The notes under the pieces were generated by a model that saw only the letters and a program-made list of their open reading frames with translations, had not been told where the DNA came from and did no database searches. A stretch of 64,000 nucleotides of DNA, taken from Mobula birostris (Eukaryota). The stretch lies in assembly GCF_030028105.1 (NCBI RefSeq), contig NC_092383.1, positions 87,067,921 to 87,131,920 on the forward strand, given 5' to 3'. Shown here piece after piece: positions 1-12,750 of the stretch (its first letter is position 1; each line of letters opens with the position of its first letter). Position numbers and translations under genes: made by a program.

Positions 1-795
1 TGGTTAGCCTGGACTTCTAACTTGGCTCGATATTGCCTCTTGGCGCCCTTAATGGCTTTCCGGAGTTCACGCCTGGATTCCGTGTTGCGACTGGTATTCC
101 CGGACCTAAAAGCTGCAGCTCTAGGCTTCAAAAGGGACTTGACCTCATAATTCATCCAAGGTTTCCGGTTAGGGAATACCCAGATCATCTTGCGAGACGC
201 ACAGCCCTCCGTGTATTTCCAAATAAAGTCCGTGACAGCTGAGGCATACTCATCGAAGTTAGCTGCCGAGTCTTTGAATAGTAACCAGTCCACCGATTCA
301 AAGCGGTCACGGAGGACCTCATCCATTTCCTCCGTCCAACGTAACACTACTTTTGACACCGTGACCTCCCGCTTCAGTTTCTGTTTGTAAGCCGGGAAGA
401 GGAGTACGGCCTGATGGTCCGATTTTCTGAAGTGAGGTTGTGGGATGGAACGGTAGGCATCCTTGACTGCTGTGTACCAGTGGTCAAGTATATTCAGGCC
501 TCCAGTGGGGCAGGAGACATGTTGGTATAACTTTGTCAGCACCTTTCTGAGGTTGGCCTGGTTAAAGTCCCCAGCTGTAGTGAGCAAAGCCTCCGGATAC
601 CTGGTCTCAAGTTCACTGATGTTGGCATACAGTATGTTTAGAGCACACTCCACGTCCACCTGGCGGGGAATGTAGACCGCTGTCAGTATGACCAAGGTGA
701 ATTCCCGTGGCAGATAGTAGGGACGACACTTCACCGATAGGTGTTCCTGGTCTGGGCTGCAGGAGCTTGTCAGTGCCAGTGTCCGAGCACCACGC
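1..795 (-). mobile_element. Rex1/Babar-type LINE fragment (endonuclease-linker region)
   Basis: Minus-strand translation includes SDHQAVLLFPAYKQKLKR and FPNRKPWMN, typical of this clade. Confidence 0.7.
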
Positions 796-1541
796 AGATT
801 TCGGAGTTCAATTCTGGTGTCATTCTGTAAGGACTCTCCACGTCCTCCCCATTGGATGTGTGGGTTTTTCTGGGGTGCTCCAGTTTTCTCTCACAGTATA
901 GAGACATACCAGGTATGGTATTTGATCATTGCAAATTGTCTCATGATTAGGTTAAGGTTAATCAGGTTTGTCAGGATTAATAAGTTGACATGGGTCAAAG
1001 GGCCAGTAGGGCCTACTCCACAATGATCACCAAATAAATAAATAATCTTCTGTCCCTGAAACAGACTTTGTAACCAGTGAAGAGAACTGTGCATACAATG
1101 ATCTTCTGTGTGTTATTATCAAATGGGGAAATGGAGTTGATCACTGGAAAATAAACCCCCTGCAACCTTCAACTCATTGGCTGACAGAATATAACTCATT
1201 GGCTGAATATTATAACTAATAATTCAACTGCTCTCCGTAATGTAGTTCTAGGCCTCTCTCTCCCTCCCCCAACAAACCAGACAGTTGCTTTCAGCGTAGT
1301 ATTATTCCCCAGTCACTGCTTGTTGCAAAGATCTGAACAAAAGGAGTGCATTCTTTTCCAAAGAGAAATTCCCTAAATGATCAATACCTGAGATATAGGC
1401 AGAAAAAGTGCTAGGAACACTCAGCATGTTCGTTGAGGGTAGGACATTTGGATTCTGTATGAAATTGTTGATCTCAATGTTGAATTCAAAAGGTGGTTTT
1501 AATGGTCTGTTGGATAATAAGGTGATTTTTATTTTGGGCAG

Positions 1542-1627
1542 TTTGTTCCTTCCGCCTGAGGGACAATCTGCCACAGAGTCCTGGAGAGATCTGTGAAATG
1601 TTCATCGGACAGTGTGAATATTGTCAG
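1542..1627 (+). CDS. Gene 1 cytoplasmic exon xCSFRLRDNLPQSPGEICEMFIGQCEYCQ (paralog of gene 2 exon 6)
   Basis: Acceptor ttttattttgggcag|, donor TCAG|GTAATC; 86 nt. Upstream exons are not in the window. Confidence 0.6.
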
Positions 1628-4084
1628 GTAATCTGTTCCACCATACTGTGAAGGAGATATATTATCTGAAAGCACACACAGACATTGCAGGAAATGCTCA
1701 GTAGATCAGACAGAATTTGTAGTAATAAAAAGAAAAATAAAATTTCAAATCCATATCCTTCATTACAATGTTCAAAGATGGAAAAACTCCGTTTTCAGTA
1801 GCACAGAAGGCAGGGTATAAAACAATACGATCCTTTCTGAATACTGTGGAGTAACCAGAGCAGAGGTTTGCTCTGTGTGGAGAATCATTATTGTGTTACA
1901 GCTGGGATTGCCGTGGACGGTAGTTCTGAGATTGTTTGGGTGCCATGGTAGCTCAAAGGGCTATATATATATAAATGAATGTTTCTATCTGTTCCTGACA
2001 AGGTGCTTAGAGGTAGGTGAAGAGAAGATGTCAGGGGTAAGTTTTTTTACGCAGAGGGTGCTGCGTGCATGGAACGGGCTGCCGGTGACTGTGGTGGAGG
2101 CAGATATGATAGGATCTTTTAAGAGACTCCTGGGTAAGTACATGGAGCTTAGAAAAATAGAGGGCTATGAGTAACCCTAGGTAATATTTGAGGGAAGGAC
2201 ATATTCTGCATAGCTTTGTGGGCCAAATGGCCAGTATTGGGCTGTAGGTTTTCTATGTTTCTATGTATAAATTGTCCGAATGCTTCAGCATGTTTAACAA
2301 TTGGATTACATGGGAGCTTGCACATCATCCATCCCCACTAGGCCATTCTAGTATCAATATTTTACAGAAACCTCCGAAGATACTCTCATTGAATCCCATC
2401 AGCATATCCCGATAGTTATTTGTCGCTTTCTCTGGTGTTTATCCATCTTTTCCTTAAGTGTATCTATAACATTTTATGTAACTATTCTTCAAAGTGGCTC
2501 CAGGTTTCATTTTCATTACTGAATGGTGAAGAGTGAGATTGGTCCTTTCTCTGCTGTTAGAAATGGAAGTGTAGAAATAGAAGTGTAAATCTCCCTTTGG
2601 GTTCAATGACATTTCAGTTTGCATTTGGTATATTCCTTCTGAGTTTCAAACTGTGATGTGAAATCAGAAAAAGTAGGACAGGTCTAATCGGAACAGTAAA
2701 TTGGTGATGGCACAGTAGCATAGCAGTTAGTGTCAGACTATACAGTGCCAGCGATCTGTGTCCACTTCCGCTCCTCTCTGTAAGTAGTTTGTATGTTCTC
2801 CCTGTGACTGCGTGCGTCTCCTCTAGGTGCTCTAGTTTCCTCCCACATTCCAAAGAAGTTAGTAGGTTAATTTGCTCACATGGGTTTCATTGGGTAGTGC
2901 AGTAAATATCTGTTCTATGCTGACCTCACCCACCCATCCTCTCACTCTACCCCTCAATCCTGACACTAGTATGGATATTCTATTGTCGCTTCAATCTGTT
3001 ATCAACAATCTCCTTTACTGATATTTTCCACTATTTTCAGCTTGTTTGCTATTCTTACCTTCATAATTAATGTCCTAATTGATTTAACTTTTTCCTTATT
3101 GAAGGATTGGGTTCAATATTATAAAAGAGCTTCAATTCTTTTCTCAATATTATCATTTGCCTTTCTTATTCCCAAAGGTAACTGCAGGATGAAGATTGTT
3201 GGAGGATTCTGCTCTGCTGTACATTTTCCCTTGTTTGCATCACTTCCCCTCCCAGAGCTGTACCCTCAGAGAACTGTGTATTCTCTTGTGCATCCTCCAG
3301 TCTCGGAATCCCACCACCAATGTCAGTAGCTTCAGCTACCCAAAACCCACCCTCTGGACAACTCCATGAACTCCTGCAATTCTGTCCTCTTAACTTTTGT
3401 TCATTAGAGATACAGCAGAGTAACAGGTACTTCCAACCCACGAGCCACCTAATTACACCTATCTGATCAACTAACCTCCTACAACGAACCATTTAGACTG
3501 TAAACCATAAAAGTACTGTAAATTTCCCAAATAATTCCCAAGTTCATTTTCAACCTTTTCTCTCGCTAAACCCCTGTGAAACACCTTGGACCAGTTTAGT
3601 GTGTTGGTGTTGTAAAGCAACATGCCGATGTTGTACATTTAGTAGCGGGTCCTCACTAGGGATCACAGCCACTCAGTCATCAACTGTTATCAAGCATTCA
3701 GAAAATTTATATTCTACAAGCTGAATGACGGGATCAGGGTTTATTAAAAAGCAGAAAACTGAAGATGATCTGGTAGATGTCTGCAAAAGTATCCAGTTGT
3801 TTTACAGAGTAGTGAACATGTTTCTACTTACAGTCGAGAGCAGAAGTCAAGCTATAAACATAAGATAAATAATGAAAATAAATCCACGGACAAGACCATA
3901 GACCATAAGGTATAGGAGCAGAATTAGGCCATTTGGCCCATCAGGACTGCTCTGCACTTCAATCATGACTGATTTATATTCCTTCTCACCCTATTATCCT
4001 GCCTTCTCCCAGTTACCTTTCACACCCTCACCTTCCACATCCATCAGAAATAAAATAGATAATGGAATTTATTTATCATTTCAG

Positions 4085-4339
4085 GAAACGGCCACATTGG
4101 AAGAAAACATTGTTTATGCTGATCTACACCATGTTCGAAACAATGAGGCAGCTGCCCAGTCAGCTAACAATGAAAATGAAACTGTCTATGCAAACATGAA
4201 ACTTAAAAGGAAGTCAAGAGCAGGACACTCTGTTATGGATGAGGACAACACCATCTATGCAGATATCAAATTTCAAAGCCAACACTCAAGGCCCAAATAT
4301 AAAGCTTTCTCTCCTGGCACTCCCCAGGACTCAGAATAA
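4085..4339 (+). CDS. Gene 1 last exon: ITIM/YxNM/ITSM tail of an inhibitory-type Ig receptor
   Basis: Acceptor atcatttcag|GAA; ETATLEENIVYADL...TVYANM...TIYADI...TPQDSE*. Confidence 0.88.
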   Translation, partial: ETATLEENIVYADLHHVRNNEAAAQSANNENETVYANMKLKRKSRAGHSVMDEDNTIYADIKFQSQHSRPKYKAFSPGTPQDSE

Positions 4340-4384
4340 GCTTGATAAAGTCATTACGTGGATCGATTTAAGGCAAAACAGTTA

Positions 4385-5289
4385 CACTCAGAGGCCACTT
4401 TATTAAGTACAGTTGTACACCTGTTTGTTCATGCAAATACCTAATCAGCCATTCTTCTGACAGCAACTTGATGCATAAAAGCATGCGTGTTGGCATGTCG
4501 TGCATTGAAAGGTATTCCTCTGCACACCACTGTTGTAACGTATGTTTATTTGAGTCACTATCACCTTTCTGTCAGCTCGAACCAGTCCGGCCATTGTCCT
4601 CAATTGAGCCTCTATTTATTTACTGATCCTTCGGGTTCTTCCAGGAATCGGGAATGTTGGACAGTCTTAATTCTAATGATCATTTATTTTAAAGTACAAA
4701 CAAACACACAAATACTAAGCAAGCTAAATAAAGAGCTAAGAAGTAAATGAAGAGCAGCGAATGTGAAGACAAAAAGATGGCACATCTGAAAATATATTAC
4801 TTTTAAAGTTAAGATCAGGAAAGTTCCTTCCACAGCAATAGATCAGTTAATAGGCCACACAATTAAAATAATTATGTCACGTGGGTAATTGGCAGATACT
4901 TAGCCAATGAAAAATCAGGAAGGTGATATAATCTTTTAACTGCAATACCGCTTTCTGCCAGTGAGTGGTGACAAACCAGCACATACTGTGAAAAATGAGT
5001 CTGTTAAAAAGTACAAGTATTATGAAAAGTATTGTTTAAAAAAAGCAGTTCTTTGCAACACCTTTGACCTCTCTCATTATCAAGCATTTGCGTGCACAGA
5101 ATTGACGTTCACTGGATTTTTTTTTTGGTTTATCACTGATGTCACATTTCTTCTCAATTCGTCTGAACAAAACTAAACCTCTTAATCATATCTGCATGTT
5201 TTTATGCATTGAGATCCTGTCATATGATCGGCTGATTGGTTATTTGCATTTATGAGCTGAGGTATACCTAATAAAGTGGCCACTGAGCG
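4385..5289. mobile_element. Non-autonomous Tc1-like element with TIRs and TA target sites (inverted copy 21285-22135, one end lost)
   Basis: TA|cactcagaggccactttattaagtac ... gtatacctaataaagtggccactgagcg|TA. Confidence 0.8.
4727..4732 (+). promoter_or_regulatory. Candidate polyA signal AATAAA of gene 1 (gene 2 counterpart 21789-21794, minus strand)
   Basis: AATAAA retained in both paralogs about 400 nt after the stop. Confidence 0.35.
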
Positions 5290-8229
5290 TAATTCTTCTG
5301 TCTTAATCAATCCACTTAATTACTTTGTCATGCTTTTTTCTGAACTGCTTCTTCCACATGCCCCACTTTCCAGCTCCCCTTCATCAGTAAGTATGACCAA
5401 TTGGAAATGAGGGCCTGACTCTAGATCATCTCTGTTACGTCACGGGCGTCTGGGGCTACAATGAGGGTCCTCCATCTCTGGTGGTGTCGGTGCCTCCTTC
5501 ATCATGTCAGTAGCTGCATCTCAGTTTTCACAACTGTTAGTCATGCAAATCCTGGGTTGAGACTCAGAAATACCATCACACCCAGATGTAGAATGATTCT
5601 TCACCGCTGTTTCCACAACAGAGTTGTTTTACCTGTCACAGTTCTTAGCCCTGAACTGAACCCCAAAATTGGAGGGTCTGTGAACCACACTTGGCCTGGC
5701 CTCTACCCTTTAACCTGTTTGGCAAGGTGACCAGACCAAGAACTGAAGCATAATGCTTGAAACCAGCCAACATAGCTCTCTGGGTCACTGAGGCACACAA
5801 GCCTCCAAACTACAACAAGTTTTTGGTCCTCTTGGAGGCTAGATCATCTCTACAAATGTCAAAATGCTCTTTCCCCTCAGGGTACAATATCCACCCTGAC
5901 ACTCCACTCCCACCACCCCTTCCTCAATCACAATTTCTTTCATATATTTAAATATTAACAGAGTGGTTATCATGTTCCAACTACATAGAGCTGTGGTGAG
6001 ATTGCAGCCAGACCAACGTTGAAAAATACACTTAGCAGTGAGCAGATTTAACTAATAATAAAGTTTGTAATAATAATAATGCACTTCCTGTATAAAAATT
6101 GCCTCTCAAATCTCCTTCAAGTATTTCCCCTGATCACCTTAGATGTAAGTCCTTTGGTTTTTATACTTTTACCCAGGGAACTATGAATAACTCCCCTGTC
6201 TATGCTTTTCATAATTTTATACCCTTCCAATATGTCACCCTCATACTCTGATACTCCAACTTTGGTCAAGGTCTCCATATAGCTATTATACTCTAATCCA
6301 ACCCAAATCATGGTTAACCTTTACTGCACCATCTCTGAAGCCTCCACATTATAGAGATGAAAACTACACACAATTACTCCAAACGTTGCCAAAGTTTTAT
6401 ACAGTTGCAACATGACTGCCAACTTTCATACTCAATGCTGGCAAGCATGGCATACGCTGCCTTTACTGTCCCATTCACCTGCACTGTTATTCTCAGGAGC
6501 TGTGGACTTGCATGCCATGATCCCATTGTAGATCAGTGCTCCAAATGGTCCTGCCAGTAACTACATAATGTTATCTCGCATTTGACCTCCCAAAATGCAA
6601 TACCTCATGCTTGTGTGATTTGAAGTCTATCTGCCTTTCTCTGACCAAACACCCAGCTAATCTATATCCTGCTGTATCCTTTGACCACATTCCTCACTAT
6701 CCACAGCTCCTACAATTTTGTTTTGTCTACAAAAGTACTTATATTTTCATGCAAATCATTTATATCCATTACAAATAACAGAGGTACAGGCACTGAACCT
6801 TGCAGAGCTCCACTGGTCATGGGCCTCGAGTCACGTAATCACCCCTCCACCATTGGCCTTAGTTGTCTATCAACATGCCAATTTTGTTTCTAACTTACAA
6901 ACTCACTATGGATCCTGTGTGAATTAATTTTCTGGACCAGCATAATGTGAGGGGCTATGTCAAATGGTTTACAAAAGTTCATGTCTACAACATCCACTGC
7001 ACTCCATTTATCAATCATTTTCTTCACTGCCATGTATGTTCCAGGACCTATGAGATTATAGGGATAATTGGTATTAATTAAAAATGAGAACAAGGCTTCC
7101 TGAAATACAATGTAATCCGCTAATAGTCTAAGGCTATTGAAACCAATCATGAGTGTGGGATATTCTGATTCTAAGGCAACACACACAAAATGGAGGAGGA
7201 ACTCAGCAGGTCAGGCAGCATCCATGGGAGTGAATGAAGAGTCGATGTTTGGGCCTGAGACCCCTCATCAGGGCTGGAAAGGAAGGGAGAAGAAGCCAGA
7301 ATAACAAGGAGCAGGGAGGGAAAGAGGATAGCTAGAAGGTGAGAGTTGAAACCAGGTGGGTTGAAAAAATAAAGAGCTGGAGAAGAAGGAATCTGATGGG
7401 AGAGGAGAGTGGACCATAGGAGAAAGGGAAGAGGGAGGGGACCCAGAGAGAGGTGATAAGCAGGTCAGAAGAAGTAAGGGACCAGGGTGGGGGATAGAAC
7501 AAGAAGCTGGGGGGAGTGAATTTTATTAACCGTAAGAAGAAACCAATCTTCATGCCATTAGGTTGGAGGCTACCCAGGTGGAATATAAGGTGTTGGCCTT
7601 ATCTGATTCTATACCACCCTAGGGTGAGACAATAGATGAACGGTGATGTTAACTTGTATTTAATGAAGCCTTCAGGATAAGATCAGAGGAGCCAGAAAGT
7701 GGCCATATCCTGTATTAACACAGTTTTAAAGGTATATACTTGTATTTGTGTAGTTGGGGGTCATCGCTCAACTCTGCAACAAAAGATATATATTTTGGCT
7801 GCCGGGTGTTTATGGTCAGAAACTCCTGGACCAGCCACAAGTATATTAAAATTCAGATGTGCTGATCATTTCGAATGTTCTCCCACTGTAAATATGCAAT
7901 TCTTCAAATGTTGCCTGTCTATTTTCAACAGTTAAAGTTAAGGATTAAGTAACAATAACTATTTGAATGCATATAATCACTGATTGTTGTCTTTTTATTT
8001 ACAAAGTATAAAACATCACTGTATTGTTGTGTGTGGAGAGAGCAGAAATCGATTCTCTCGATCTGCTGTGTTGAATAAAGTTCTTTTGTATCTCACATGT
8101 TCGGTGTCCATGTGGCTCAGTTCAGCACTCACAACGATCTCGTAGAGTTACAGAGCAATACAGCACGGATAAAGGCCTTTCGGCCCAGTCTCTCCATGCT
8201 GACCACAGGGCCCCCCGGCTGGTCCCAAT

Positions 8230-8945
8230 TCAGGAAGGGAAAGTCTAGTGAACACACACCAGTGCACAGCGAGGGATCAGCAGGGGAAAGAGTGAGCAGT
8301 TTCAAGTTCCTCAGTGCCAACATTTCTGAAGATCTATCCTGGGCCTAACATACTGATGCAATTACAAAGGAGGCACGACAGTGGCTATATTTCATTAGAA
8401 GTTTGAGGGGACTTGATATATCGTCAATATCACACAGATTTCTGCAGGTGTACTGTGGAGAGCATTCTAACTGGTTGCAGCACTGTCTGGTACAGAGGGG
8501 CCACTGCACAGAATCAGAAAAATCTGTAGAAAGTTGTAAACTCAGCCAGCTCCATCATGGGCACTAGTCTGCCCAGCATTGAGGACTCTTTCAAAAGGCA
8601 ATGCCTCAAAAAGGCAGCATCCATCATTGAAGACCCCCATTACCCAGGACAGGTCCTCTCCTCATTGCTACCATCAAGGAGGAGATACAGAAGCCTGAAG
8701 ACACACACTCAATGTTTCAGAAGCAGCTTCAACCCCTCCACCAGCAGATTGGTGAATTGACAGTGAACCCATGAACACCACCTCACTATTTATTCCTCTC
8801 TTTCTGCATTACTTATTTAATTTAATTTTTCGTATATGTACTTATTGTCTTTTACCTTTTTATTATGTTGTATATCAATGTACCTCTGAAGCAAAACAAA
8901 TTTCACAACCTAGGGCAGTGATATTAAACCTGATTCTGATTCTGG
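8230..8945 (+). mobile_element. Rex1/L2-type LINE 3' fragment with (ATTCTG)n tail (related pieces at 14080-15560, 17560-17850 and 30350-30800)
   Basis: RT C-terminal-like sequence followed by aataaacctgattctgattctg-type end. Confidence 0.65.
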
Positions 8946-9339
8946 TTTCCTACATTCAGCCCACATATCTCTGAGCTCTGCCCCTTCATGTATCTATCCA
9001 AGTGTTTTTTTAAATAGTACTTTTGTACCTGCCTCAAACACTTCCTCTGGAAGACTCCACAGCTCAAACCTCTGCTGCCCTGCAGCTACACCTGCTCATT
9101 GGTAAGGCTTGGGGAGTATCTGGAGCTGGAGTCCCTATTCCAGTCCTACGTTGAGTTCAATGCTGAATGGCAACTCCTGTGATGTCACTGGTGCCAAACT
9201 GTATCTGTCCCTGCCGTTCCTTTGGAATCATCAGCTGCGTGGAGAGTGGGAGCCTGGTACAGGGGCAACAGTTTGCTTTTCACATTGTACTAGGTTGCTT
9301 ATCACGTAGACAGCTGGGACATAACATCCATTGTCAACC

Positions 9340-10305
9340 CCAACCAGCAGAGGTCCTCTTATTATCTTTTAATTTTTTTTCTCAGCTCAAGCTGGTAAAA
9401 GCTGAGGCTCGGCCAGAGCCAAACACATTTATTTCTCAATTGTTAGGAGCTTTCAGACTATTCTAGTGGTGCAGATATTAGCTCTTGGCCAATGAAAATC
9501 CTGTTCCTGCTCCATAGTCCTTCAATTTGCTCTCTTAATTCAGTATATTTCTCTTATTTTTCACCAATTTATTTCTGTATGTTGTCTGTGTTTCAGGTGG
9601 CTTTATCTGTTTATTTGTGCTTTTCACTTATACTGTAATATTATATCTGGACAGTTATTATGGATTATCCAATCTGTAATAATGGATCGGTTGTAATATA
9701 ATTTATTGGACTTTGACACCAAAACTGGATAAGGCTTGAATGGAGAGTAAGTTATGATGTATTTTATGAGTTTGTGTTTTAAAGCAAAGTTTTGGCGAAT
9801 GATGTTTGCCAGTTGATTGTGCCCATGTAAGTAATCAGATTGAGTTAATTTGCTGCAGGATGCATTATTATTATTATTAATTTTTTTTTCAAGGCTCAAG
9901 CTGGTAAAACCTAAGGTACAGGGATAGCCAAACACACACATTTCTCAATTGCTAGGAACTTTCAGACTATTCTAGTGGTGTTGAGTATTGTGTCTTTCTG
10001 AAGATTTACATAGATACTGGTGAGTAGCCCTAATGGTTTAATGCTATCAGGATGCCTTTGGGATGGTACCAGATCTGGATATTACTATGGGGACAATCTA
10101 TACAGGTTAATGTTCCAAAGTTATTCAATTTCTTCTTTTAGTTCAGCATATTTCTGGCATTTTTCACTTATTGATTTCTGTATGTTATGTGTGTTTGAAA
10201 TGGCTATATCTATTAATTAAGATGATGTTGCTTGTTTATCCTGTATTATTATTACCGGATGGTTATTATGGATTATCCGCCCTGTAATAACGGATTGGTC
10301 ATAAT
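9340..10305 (-). mobile_element. Two head-to-tail 3' fragments of an R4/Dong-like non-LTR element (restriction-like endonuclease end)
   Basis: HNQLANIIRQNFAL...LYYNRSIITDWIIHNNCPDIILQ motif; about 510-bp repeat period; (TAA)n-like tails. Confidence 0.65.
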
Positions 10306-10306
10306 C

Positions 10307-11288
10307 CACTGGACACCAAAGATTTTGCTTCCTGAATACCTTTTTGATGTATCTTATGAACTTTGGGCTACTGATCATGAAAATCACCATGAAATTTCCC
10401 TATCACGCACCATTTTTTAATAAACTCATGTTTATTATTTCAATTCATAATTCGAGTCAATTAAAATGTTGCCTACAATGTAAGCTAGAAAATTTCCTAT
10501 CTTATCCAGGCATGCTTAGGCAGTGCGGCAGCTGCATGGCAGGACACGTTTTAGTAATAATTATTGGGTTCAGGACTGTAAGGATGGAATTTACTATTAC
10601 CAGGCACAACAATTTCTATGAAGGATTTTGATATTTGAGACAGATGCTTCCCAGAATAACTGATGCCAAGATTAAGGAAAGCATTTTTATTGGTCCACAA
10701 ATCAGACAGGCAATTTGAAGAATTTCTAGTGGGACCAGAGAAAATCACATGGAAGGCATTCAAGGGAGTTGTTGAAATTTTTCTCAGCAACTACAGAGTA
10801 CCAAACTACATGTAGCAGGTCGAAAGCATGCTTCAAGCATATAAAACCATGAAATGCAACATGTCACTAAAGATTCATTTTCTGCATTCCCATTTAGGTG
10901 TCTTCCCTGCAAATCCTTGTGCTGTTAGTGACGAGCATGGTGAAAGGATTCACCAGGACATTGTGGTCATGGAGAAAAGATACCAGGGCAACTGGAATCC
11001 ATCAATGCTGGAGAATTATTATTGGATACTTAAGCGAGAAGCCTCAGACACTGAGTACAAATGAAAATCATTAACAAAATACTTTTAACTTAGTTGAACT
11101 ATTGCAAAGCATCAGCACCATTATGCAATTAAACACATTATATTCAATAAAAGTTAATTTGTTGTTTCTCCAAATTCCTACGTGATACAAGTAGTCTGAA
11201 ATCATATTTGTGTTCATCTTCAAGCAGTCTATCATAAACAAAAAAAATTCTGAGGAAGTAACACTTATGAAAAAATTGTTTTCCAGTG
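10307..11288 (+). mobile_element. Internally deleted Chapaev-like (CMC superfamily) DNA transposon
   Basis: MSLKIHFLHSHLGVFPANPCAVSDEHGERIHQDIVVMEKRYQGNWNPSML; ends cactgga.../...tccagtg (left end ambiguous). Confidence 0.65.
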
Positions 11289-12750
11289 TAATTTGTGGGA
11301 CTCTGACTCTAAAAGTGAATTAAGCCTCTATTTATTGTAAGGTATGGTGTCCACCTTTTCTATGCCTCCCATAATTTTAAGTCCTTCTATAAGGTCACTC
11401 CTCATTTTCTTGCATTCTGAGGAATAATGATCAAACCTGGCCAACCTGTCCCTCTAACTCAATGTCCCCTAATCCTCTGACAGATGAAGGCCAGTTTGCT
11501 AGACATTTGTTTCACCATCTCTGTCACGGTTTTAAAAGAACTGTGCACTTGTACTCCAAGGTCACTCTGTTGCATTAAGCACCATGCACCATATCATTCA
11601 TAGTATAAGTCCGATGGTGGTTTACCTTTCCAAAATTCATCATCAAACACAATCAGTGCATTGAAATCCATTTGCAACTACTTATTCAACTTCCCTAACT
11701 GACCAAGATACTCCTACAATCTACACTTACGTTCTCCACTGTCAATAACATCTCCTCATTTTCTGCTCTTCACAGACTTACTTGCACATTTGCATCCAAA
11801 TGATTGATACAAACAAGGAATAACAATGGCCCTGACACTGATCCCTGTGGCATGACACGAATCACTTCAAGCCTAGTTTGATTCCTCCTTGCTATCTCTC
11901 TCTGGATTCCATGGGGCCCAGCTTTCCTGATCGGGCTCCTTTATGAAGCCTCGTTGAAAGCCTTGCTAAGGTCCAAGTAGACAGCATTCAAGACTCTAAA
12001 AGGTTCATTAGGCATGACAATCCTTGATAAAATGATTGTGTGATTTATCCTTTCTATGCCTTTCATGATTCTATACCTGTCTATACGATCAGTAAACCTC
12101 TCGATGGTCATTGAAGTAAAGAATATCTCACCTGAATCCACAGCTGGTGAAAACCTGAGTTTGGGGCAGGGTTCACAAACAGCACCAAGATTCTCTCCTA
12201 TTGAGAATGTCACACCACATTGACCATTGCAAGGTCCAACTCTCATTTTACTCAAAATCCATCTTTCTCTTCAATTGTTAATTGACCTTTGAGTTGTTTA
12301 TCCAATGATTGTCAATTTGCTCCAGCTGTACAAATATTTGTCTTTGGTTGAACAAGGGAGTCTCCTCTGGAACCTCTCTAAAGTTTTCACATCCCTCTTA
12401 TAATGAGATGAGCAGAATGGAATGCAGTACTCCAAGCCTGGTCTAACCAGGGTTTTATAGAATTGCTACAATATCTAATGGCTTTTAAACTCAATCTTCT
12501 AAATAATGAAGACCAACACAACACATACATTATTTCAAGAGGTTTAACCAGAAAATATATTTAAGGCAAGGTTGGATAGATTTTTGCAAAGCAGCGGAAT
12601 TAGAGGGTTATTGGGAAAAGGCAGGTAGGTGGAGATGGGTCCATGGCCAGATCAGCCATGATCTTATTGAATGGCAGAACAGTCTCGATTGGCCAGATGG
12701 CCCACTCCTGCTCCCATTTCTTATGTTCTTGTGTAACCACAATCATGCCT

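Larger units (their letters stand above)
790..5250 (+). repeat. Left arm of an inverted segmental duplication (partner about 21285-26730)
   Basis: Continuous reverse-complement similarity covering exons, introns, shared SINEs and the Tc1 element; roughly 85-90% by eye. Confidence 0.92.

Noticed and set aside
3042-3492. Hydrophobic ORFs here and at 23029-23538 that look TM-like
   Set aside because: Reading frames are not conserved between the two duplicated arms; intronic pyrimidine-rich sequence.
7625-8097. Possible ERV-type solo LTR (TG...CA, TATA-like, AATAAA)
   Set aside because: No TSD and no second copy in the window, so it cannot be supported.
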